64,000 nucleotides of DNA from Eledone cirrhosa (Eukaryota). The notes under the pieces are model-generated. The model ran no database searches and was not told the origin of the DNA. It worked only from the letters and a program-made list of their open reading frames with translations. Positions within the stretch are counted from its first letter, which is position 1. Each line of letters opens with the position of its first letter. The position numbers were made by a program, and so were the translations under genes. The DNA lies in contig OZ024741.1 of the NCBI GenBank assembly GCA_964016885.1, positions 395,684,001-395,748,000 of the forward strand, written 5' to 3'. This document shows positions 56,391-64,000 of this stretch, piece by piece.

Positions 56391-57110
56391 ATTCGTCTTC
56401 TTCGTTCGCTTATTTCTGGGCGGCAGAGTCCTCAAAAAATCCTTCCATTGGGCCCTGTCAGAAACAACCGTCTCCAACTGATCCGGCTGGATATATGTTC
56501 ATATATGTTATCCAAGTATCTTTCTCGGTGTCTACCCCTCGGTCTCCTGCCGGTTGGTTTTACCAATAAAATCTGCCCAACGATTATTTCCTGGACATTC
56601 TAACCGCATGCCCGTAGTATCGGAGCTATGATCTCTCTATTTGGAGAAGTAGCGGCTCTACCTGGAGTGACCCTCTCATCTCCGTATTATGCACTCTAAC
56701 GAGTAACCTTACTCCAAAGATCTTTATTAGGAACCCCTTTTTGGCCGCTTGTATTTGCGATCGTATTCTTTCGGTCAATACCAATACCGAATTGAAGATA
56801 ACAAATTTGGCTTTTACACCTACCTCCCTTCTTCTTATTACTGAATGCTGAAGCTGGTGCATTACTGCACCAACTCCTGCAATTTCTGCACTTAATTCAG
56901 CTGCCTGCCATCCATCACTCGTGAACATGACCCCGAGATACTTGGACTTCTCTAGCTGCTTTAGTGGAACTCTTTTTATATGTAGAGTGCACTGCGCAGG
57001 CTTCCTCGGGAGGACGAGCGTCTCATTCTTAACAGCACTGATTTTCATCCCAGCCATGCAGCACTCGTCATCAAACCTATCAAGAGCATGTCGTAGATCA
57101 CCTTCTGAAG
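56391..57110 (-). mobile_element. Decayed RTE-clade LINE (Expander/Rex3-like) ORF2 3' fragment
   Basis: GMKIS..K.E.LVL.RK, KYLGVMFTSDG, KAK..IF.S, TERIRSQIQAA..GFL, VEPLLLQIERS then a stop, and a terminal W...LRTLPPR. The expected LxYG.E.W segment is missing. Confidence 0.85.
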
Positions 57111-57116
57111 TGTTAA

Positions 57117-57442
57117 ATAATTGTTTCTACTTTTGGCACAAGGCCAGCAATTATCCCAGTGTATTACTGGTACTTTATTTTATCGACCCCGTAAGGATGA
57201 AAGGCAAAGTTAACCTCGGCGGGATTTGAACTCAGAATATAAAGCGCCGTAACTCTATGCTGCAAAGCATGGCATCCGACCCTCTACCATGCTTTGCAGC
57301 ATAGAGTTACGGCCCTTTATGGTCTGAGTTCAAATCCCGCCGAGGTTAACTTTGCCTTTCATCCTTACGGGGTCGATAAAATAAAGTACCAGTAATGTAC
57401 TGGGTAATTGCTGGCCTTGTGCCAAAAAGTAGAAACAATTAT
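57117..57442. mobile_element. Head-to-head inverted pair of family-A SINEs
   Basis: 57,117-57,272 is the near-perfect reverse complement of 57,287-57,442, separated by the 14-nt loop catccgaccctcta. Confidence 0.92.
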
Positions 57443-57523
57443 ATATAGATATATTCCATCATGGCGGCCGAAAATAGCACAAAGTTTAATTTGGCTATCA
57501 AATGAAAAATAAAATTGATGTTG

Positions 57524-57762
57524 TATTTTCTGTTTAATGTATGTTATTTTCTGTTTAATGTAAGTTATTTTCTGTTTAATATAAGTTATTTTCTGTTTAA
57601 TGTAAGTTATTTTCTGTTTAATATAAGTTATTTTCTGTTTAATGTAAGTTATTTTCTGTTTAATATAAGTTATTTTCTGTTTAATGTAAGTTATTTTCTG
57701 TTTAATATAAGTTATTTTCTGTTTAATGTAAGTTATTTTCTGTTTAATATAAGTTATTTTCT
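57524..57762. repeat. 21-bp minisatellite TTATTTTCTGTTTAAT(G/A)TAAG, ~11 copies with G/A alternation
   Basis: Read directly. It accounts for the YFLFNVS/YFLFNIS pseudo-ORF at 57,515-57,805. Confidence 0.95.
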
Positions 57763-57781
57763 TTTTCTTAATGTTATCCAG

Positions 57782-58050
57782 TTTTCCAATGTGTTGATAG
57801 AATAATAATGGATTACGATTCTGTGGAATTAATTGTAAGATCCTCAGAGAAACTTACACCGCCCTCTGATGTTCTAAAAGGATCCAATAAAAACTGGGTT
57901 TTTGGTGGTTTGTCGACAACTCCGTGGATAACAATCAATTTCGAAACTAATTATCTTGTAACAATCTTAGGAATAAGCTTCACCATAGAAAACATTAAAT
58001 CCTTCAAACTGGCATATGTTGGTAAAAACAATTATATAGTTGAAACAAAG
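57782..58050 (+). CDS. Exon (phase 1 to 0) encoding the N-terminal part of a divergent discoidin/FA58C-like domain
   Basis: ttatccag|TTTTCCAATGT...ACAAAG|gtaaga, open throughout: VFQCVDRIIMDYD...NWVFGGLSTTPWITINFETNYLVTILGISFTIENIKSFKLAYVGKNNYIVETK. Confidence 0.85.
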
Positions 58051-58109
58051 GTAAGACACAACACTCTTTTTTTCCCTGTATAGAATGGAGTGGCTGGATA
58101 CAAGCCTGG

Positions 58110-58273
58110 GTGATGTGATTTGGAGGACAGGATGTTGCCCATGCAGCATGTCCCCCCTCTCCACAACGCTGCTACAGTTTAGCAGCAACGCTGTCGCAGG
58201 AGCTGCCAGAACGAAGTTGTAATCTGAGACGAACTGTCTTTTCCCCCAAGGTTTACTCCTGAAATCACATCAC
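58110..58273. mobile_element. Short repeat fragment bounded by 12-bp inverted repeats, interior resembling an RTE UTR
   Basis: GTGATGTGATTT (58,110-58,121) and AAATCACATCAC (58,262-58,273) are exact reverse complements. The interior is GC-richer than its flanks; the family assignment is from memory. Confidence 0.4.
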
Positions 58274-58317
58274 ATCAATTATATTTGTAATTAATATTGT
58301 TGTTGTTGTTGTTGTTA

Positions 58318-58406
58318 AGGTGGTATATTAACAGTAGAATCTGTAGAGTGTTGGACAACATGCTTTGTGGCATATAGTTACGTTCCTTTACGTTCTCAGT
58401 TCAAGT
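58318..58406 (+). mobile_element. Degenerate family-A SINE 5' head
   Basis: gtagagtgttggacaacatgctttgtggcat..agttacg...ctcagttcaa aligns by eye with the head of the copy at 60,254. Confidence 0.55.
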
Positions 58407-58629
58407 CAGCTCTATTATGATAAAAGGTATTGCAGCCGTAATCCTCTCGTCTTTTCTTTTTCTGAACATAATATACTCGCCAATGTGGATTTCAGTTGTT
58501 CTTGTTGCTGTTGTAGGGCGTGTTATGAGAGACACGTGTCTGTTCTTATTCTTCTTTTTCTTCTGTCTTCTTCCTCTTCTTCTCCCACTTCTTCTTCTTC
58601 GTCCACTTATACTTGAGAGCATAAGTATA

Positions 58630-58813
58630 CAGTTCTAGACTGCTACTTTTTATCGACCTCAAAAAGATGGCAAAGTTGACCTCGGTGGAATTTAAACACA
58701 GAGAGCCGGAACATTCTATCTGACATTCTAACGACTCTGCCAATTCGCTGGACTGGTACTTTTCTTTATTGACCTGGAAAAGCAAAGTTGACCTTGGTGG
58801 GATTTGAACTCAG
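58630..58813 (-). mobile_element. Two tandem degenerate family-A SINE fragments
   Basis: The motif gactg.tactttt..tat.gacct..aaaag..caaagttgacct.ggtgg.attt.aac occurs twice. Confidence 0.7.
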
Positions 58814-58935
58814 AGTATAGAGTGACTGTTTAAATACTATTGACCATAGGCCTGCTTGGATTGAATTGATCAGGAGCGAAACAATGCAATCTTTATTTCT
58901 GTAGTTTTTCGCATGTTTACATGTTATCCTAACCT

Positions 58936-59115
58936 ATAATAATTGTTTCTACTTTTGGCACAAGGCCAGCAATTATCCCAGTGTATTACTGGTACTTTAT
59001 TTTATCGACCCCGTAAGGATGAAAAGCAAAGTTAACCTCGGCGGGATTTGAACTCAGATCATAAAGGGCCATAACTGTAGGGCCAACTCTCTACCGATAC
59101 TGCCAATTTACCGCC
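58936..59115 (-). mobile_element. tRNA-derived SINE family A
   Basis: Near-identical to 57,117-57,272 over the core and ends in ...ccgcc. Confidence 0.88.
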
Positions 59116-59352
59116 TATAATAATGGAGTCACACTTTAATATATATTTTATTTCGATTTCATTTAGATCACTTTAAGAAATCTATGAGTAGTTTTCTGTG
59201 TGTTTGACAAATACATAGAATTTATTGATGACTCGTTAAACCTTCGACTAAATATCGAATACCCGTAACATCCAAAAATAAAACGTGTCCCCTTTCTTTT
59301 GCTTGTTTTTTGATAAAATAAAATTATATATATGTAACTCTTTTATTTTAAG

Positions 59353-59503
59353 GTGAGAAATAATATTCAAGGTAGAGAGAAAATCTCATATTTGACAGCT
59401 GAAGGCATAAAAGTGAGTTATTTAAAACTATCGTTGACTCCTATGACGTCTAAAAAGGCCACAGTGTCTGATTTGGTTATAACTATCTGTGATATGCCGT
59501 TCG
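59353..59503 (+). CDS. Exon (phase 0 to 1) encoding the C-terminal part of the discoidin-like domain
   Basis: ttttattttaag|GTGAGAAAT...CCGTTCG|gtgagt encodes VRNNIQGREKISYLTAEGIKVSYLKLSLTPMTSKKATVSDLVITICDMPF. Phases match both neighbouring exons. Confidence 0.85.
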
Positions 59504-60103
59504 GTGAGTTGTCAGCCATTTGCTTTTATTCATTTCTTTTTTTTTTTTTTTAAAAGAAATACATTCTGAAAGTTTATCTTCCATTTCGGATCAAGTATCT
59601 TCTATGTTGAGTTTCGTTGTATATTTCTTTGTGTGAGTGAAGGCCAAATGTCAAATATTGAACTATATGTTGATAAAGTACCTCTTAAGTGCAATCGGGC
59701 GAGTTGTCTCCAAGTAGTTGTTTTTATTATTTACATTGTTTTACTTCAAATTTTACTGTGGCTCTGTTTAACAACACTAACTGGCCCTTCGGGGACTTTA
59801 GCAGAGTTCTAGTATGTGAGTATTTGGCCCAGGAATTCAATTTAAGTATACCTCTCTTCCTCCCACCACTCACAAAAGACCTCGAATCAGTCAAAGTCAT
59901 GCCCTTCACTTCATGACTAAAACAGTGAATGAAAGGCTCACAACTATTTTTTATTCTTATCAACTTGGGTTGTCATGTATGAACATATTTGTGTGTGTGT
60001 GAGAGAGAGTCCTGGGTTCAATCAGGGGTAACCACAGTTCTAGTCCTGTAGAAGCCATTTCTATATTAAACATAGTGTGTATATATATACTGTATATATA
60101 TAT

Positions 60104-60228
60104 ATCGGCCTGCCCGCCGCCCAGCCAGTAGAATAGCGTTATCTTATGGCTAAAACAGCACGACGTGCTGTGACCAGCGGCGCCGAATGGACGCCCGACA
60201 GACTGGTCGGTCACAGTGATCAAGGTGA
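60104..60228. repeat. GC-rich ~125-bp element between (TA)n tracts, with hairpin potential
   Basis: Internal inverted repeat CTGTGACC...GGTCACAG, flanked by TA microsatellite on both sides. It resembles a dispersed octopod repeat (memory only). Confidence 0.5.
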
Positions 60229-60253
60229 TATATATATATATACACACACTATG

Positions 60254-60471
60254 GATTGGCAGCAGAGTCAGTAGAGCATCGGACACCATGCTTTGCAGCA
60301 TAGAGTTACGGACATTTACGTCTTGAGTTCAAACACTGCCGAGGTGTGCTTTGCCTGTCCTCCTTACGTCGTCGATAAAATGAAGTACCAGTAACGCACT
60401 GGAGTCGACTTTATCGACTTTCCCCTCTCCCAAATTTCTTGGCCTTGTGCCTAAATCAAAAACCATTATTT
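60254..60471 (+). mobile_element. Longer, older family-A SINE in sense orientation
   Basis: Head tggcag...gtagagcatcggac, B box GAGTTCAAAC, core gtcgataaaa..aagtaccag, an extra gtcgactttatcgactttcccctctccc segment and tail ggccttgtgcc...attatt. Confidence 0.8.
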
Positions 60472-60594
60472 AGGATATAAGAATGGTTTTACAAACTGCA
60501 TGTACTTAACATTGAGAAATATGTGATTTTGTCCAAAAAACTAGATAATTATTTGAATGTCTATTTAGTATATTTTATTTTATTTTATTTTCAG

Positions 60595-60632
60595 CTATAT
60601 TTGAGTCCACTACCAAGATTCCAAGCACAACA
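60595..60632 (+). CDS. Short Thr/Ser/Pro-rich exon (AIFESTTKIPSTT), phase 1 start
   Basis: ttttattttattttcag|CTATATTTGAG...AGCACAACA|gtaagt, in frame with the exon at 59,353-59,503. The 3' end could instead be 60,636 using the overlapping GT. Confidence 0.72.
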
Positions 60633-61249
60633 GTAAGTATTCAATGTTGATATTTATATTCTTTGTGAATGCCATGGAACTAGGGGGAAGATTTGCAAAT
60701 TGTTCTAGATTTTTGGTTGAATACATTACATGGTACATCCCCACATTTCGATTTAATATTGATCGTTTAATATAGATCGTTTTGTGTCTTAAATTGCATT
60801 TATAGTATTAATACCGTGATATACATGTATTAAATGGTAGAAGTCGTGCCATAACAAAGAGAAATGAGTGTTTATTGAAAGGAAAGTGGCAGCAGTGAGA
60901 GGGAATGCTATTTACTGACGCTGGTGGCGATGATCGATGTAACTGTGGGAAAGGGGTGATAGTGAAAATTGTAGTCTTTTTTCTGTTTGATATTTTTATT
61001 TATAATCGTCAGTTATTAAACGTCTTCACATTATTGGAATCAACTATCGTCTGCTAAACTGAATCGTGTTTAAAGAATTCAGTTTTCCTTTAGGTTAGCT
61101 TATTCAATGACAATACAGAAGAGGTTCAAACATTTAACAAAGTATGGACTAAGCTACCAGCAACAATATTTGGTCAAGGATAGTTACATGTTGATTTCTC
61201 CAGTCTTATATGTTGTATTCACTGAAATTTATATGTAAGGAAGTATTAA

Positions 61250-62370
61250 AGTAATGGTATATATTATGATAATAATTGTTTCTACTTTTGGCACAAGGCC
61301 AGCAATTACCCAGTACATTACTGGTACTTTATTTTATCGACCCCGTAAGGATGAAAGGCATATTATGTTAATAATAATTACTAGTATATATAATGATAAG
61401 AATAATTACTGTATATATAATAATTGTTTGTACTTTTGGCACAAGGCCAGCAATTAACCAGTGTATTACTGGTACTTTATTTTATCGACCCCGTATACAT
61501 AATGATAATAATAATTAATGGTATACATAATGATAATAATAATTAATGGTATACATAATGATAATAATAATTAATGGTATACATAATGATAATAATAATT
61601 GATGGTGTATATAATGATAATAATAATTGATGGTGTATATAATGATAATAATAATTAATGGTATATATAATGATAATAATAATTACTGGTGTATATAATG
61701 ATAATAATAACTAATGGTATATATTATAATAATTGTTTCTACTTTTTGGCACAAGGCCAGCAATTATCCCAGTACATTACTGGTATTTTATCGACCCCGT
61801 AAGGATGAAAGGCAAAGTTAACCTCGGCGGGATTTGAACTCAGTCCGTAGAGGTACGCAACTGTGTTGCAAAGCATGGCGTCTGACCCTCTACCGATACT
61901 GCCAATCAATAATAATTGATGGTATATATAATGATAATAATAATTAATGGTATATATAATGATAATAATAATTGATGGTATATATAATGATAATAATAAT
62001 TGATGGTATACATAATGATAATAATAATTGATGGTTTATATAATGATAATAATAATTACTGGTATATATAATGATAATAATAATTAATGGTATATATATA
62101 ATGATAATAATAATTAATGGTATATATTATAATAATTGTTTCTACTCTTGGTACAAGGCCAGCAATTACCTAGTGTATTACTGGTACTTTATTTTATCGA
62201 CCTCGTAAGTATGAAAGGTAAAGTTAACCTCGGCGGGATTTGAACTCAGTTTGGCAAGGGCCGTAACTATATTATAATAATTGTTTTTACTTTTGGCACA
62301 AGGCCAGCAAATACCAGTGAGAATGTAAAGGGATGTAACTCTATGCTGCAAAGCATGATGTCCGACATAC
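61250..62370 (-). mobile_element. Composite array of five family-A SINE fragments interleaved with a 28-bp AT-rich minisatellite
   Basis: SINE pieces at ~61,270-61,360, 61,419-61,493, 61,726-61,906, 62,128-62,270 and 62,275-62,370. The unit ATAATGATAATAATAATT(A/G)ATGGTATA(C/T) occupies ~61,497-61,725 and ~61,908-62,127. Confidence 0.85.
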
Positions 62371-62645
62371 TATATATGTATATGGTACCAATGATTGCTA
62401 ATATATAATATGATAATCAGAATTAATGCTATAATGATTCAGATGATATCATAATGAAATAACAAATATATGTCAGAGTAAATATAATGTTTTAATTCTC
62501 AACATCAAAATCTTCTGAATGGCTCTGAAATGTTCCTCAAATACTATTGCATCACAACATAGATTACATACTTTACAAACTATTGATTCAACCTTAAAAT
62601 TCCATTGCTCCATGATCTAGAATGTTGTTGTTGTTTTTGTTATTA

Positions 62646-62885
62646 CAGCTCACACCTATGTAGGTTGAGCTGGCCTCCTTCAAGGTTGTATCTCATTGGA
62701 GGTTTCTTGGGTGTTTTAATGATAGGGACCCCAGTCCTATCATCTCATTTCTACACCTGAGTAAACTGAAGCAACGTGAAATAAAGTGTCTTTCTCAAAG
62801 AAACAACACATCACCCGGTCCGATTGAACTCGCAACCTTCCGATTGTAAGCCCAATGCTCTAACCACTAAGCCATGTGCCTTCAC
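62646..62885 (-). mobile_element. tRNA-derived SINE family B, copy 2
   Basis: Colinear with and highly similar to 55,421-55,660, with a (GTT)n-like tail immediately to its left. Confidence 0.85.
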
Positions 62886-63022
62886 ATGATCTAGAATAAC
62901 AGTATATATCCTTACAATGAGACTGCGTTACTTCTGAAACTAAACTCTTAGTGGACCCCTCACCCACAAATCAAACCATTCATTGCTCTTCAGTCATATT
63001 TTCAGGAAAACTAAAATCACTT

Positions 63023-64000
63023 TGTCTCCTAGCTTCAAATCACATTAGCCTTTAGTATTAAACCTTAAATAGTATTGCATGTCTCCTAGCTTCAAATCAG
63101 ATTAGCCTTTAGTATTAAACCTTAAATAGTATTGCATGTCTCCTAGCTTCAAATCAGATTAGCCTTTAGTATTAAACCTTAAATAGTATTGCATGTCTCC
63201 TAGCTTCAAATCACATTAGCCTTTAGTATTAAACCTTAAATAGTATTGCATGTCTCCTAGCTTCAAATCACATTAGCCTTTAGTATTAAACCTTAAATAG
63301 TATTGCATGTCTCCTAGCTTCAAATCAGATTAGCCTTTAGTATTAAACCTTAAATAGTATTGCATGTCTCCTAGCTTCAAATCACATTAGCCATTAGTAT
63401 TAAACCTTAAATAGTATTGCATGTCTCCTAGCTTCAAATCAGATTAGCCTTTAGTATTAAACCTTAAATAGTATTGCATGTCTCCTAGCTTCAAATCAGA
63501 TTAGCCTTTAGTATTAAACCTTAAATAGTATTGCATGTCTCCTAGCTTCAAATCAGATTAGCCTTTAGTATTAAACCTTAAATAGTATTGCATGTCTCCT
63601 AGCTTCAAATCAGATTAGCCTTTAGTATTAAACCTTAAATAGTATTGCATGTCTCCTAGCTTCAAATCACATTAGCCTTTAGTATTAAACCTTAAATAGT
63701 ATTGCATGTCTCCTAGCTTCAAATCAGATTAGCCTTTAGTATTAAACCTTAAATAGTATTGCATGTCTCCTAGCTTCAAATCAGATTAGCCTTTAGTATT
63801 AAACCTTAAATAGTATTGCATGTCTCCTAGCTTCAAATCACATTAGCCTTTAGTATTAAACCTTAAATAGTATTGCATGTCTCCTAGCTTCAAATCAGAT
63901 TAGCCTTTAGTATTAAAACTTAAATAGTATTGCATGTCTCCTAGCTTCAAATCAGATTAGCCTTTAGTATTAAACCTTAAATAGTATTGCATGTCTCCTA
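63023..64000. repeat. 57-bp tandem minisatellite, at least 17 copies, continues past the right edge
   Basis: Unit TGTCTCCTAGCTTCAAATCA(C/G)ATTAGCCTTTAGTATTAAACCTTAAATAGTATTGCA starting at 63,023, 63,080 and onward. Every unit has stops in all six frames. Confidence 0.98.

Noticed and set aside
57515-57805. 96-aa hydrophobic repeat ORF
   Set aside because: It is a translation of the 21-bp intronic minisatellite and is out of frame with the real exon.
58365-58785. Overlapping low-complexity ORFs on both strands
   Set aside because: They derive from (CTT)n/(GTT)n microsatellites and SINE fragments.
63023-64000. Coding mucin VNTR (57 bp = 19 codons)
   Set aside because: Each unit has stop codons in all six frames.

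Overview
AT-rich eukaryotic genomic DNA, most likely an octopod cephalopod judging from SINE families recognised from memory (not database-checked). Bases 1 to ~52,357 are one uninterrupted array of a 34-bp quasi-palindromic satellite (GTTGTGAGTGTCATACAACTAACTATATTCTCTT, ~1,540 monomers) built from nested kb-scale block duplications. The remaining ~11.6 kb holds five phase-compatible + strand exons (15, 39, 269, 151 and ~38 nt). They splice into a Thr/Pro-rich linker, a Cys-bounded divergent discoidin/FA58C-like domain and a second Thr/Pro-rich linker. The first exon has an acceptor but no start codon, so the satellite is probably intronic. The introns contain two truncated RTE-clade LINEs (one with three C-terminal C2H2 fingers), many tRNA-derived SINEs including a ~155-bp-arm inverted pair, a degenerate Penelope-type hammerhead motif, and 21-, 28- and 57-bp minisatellites. 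I found no prokaryotic genes or CRISPR array.
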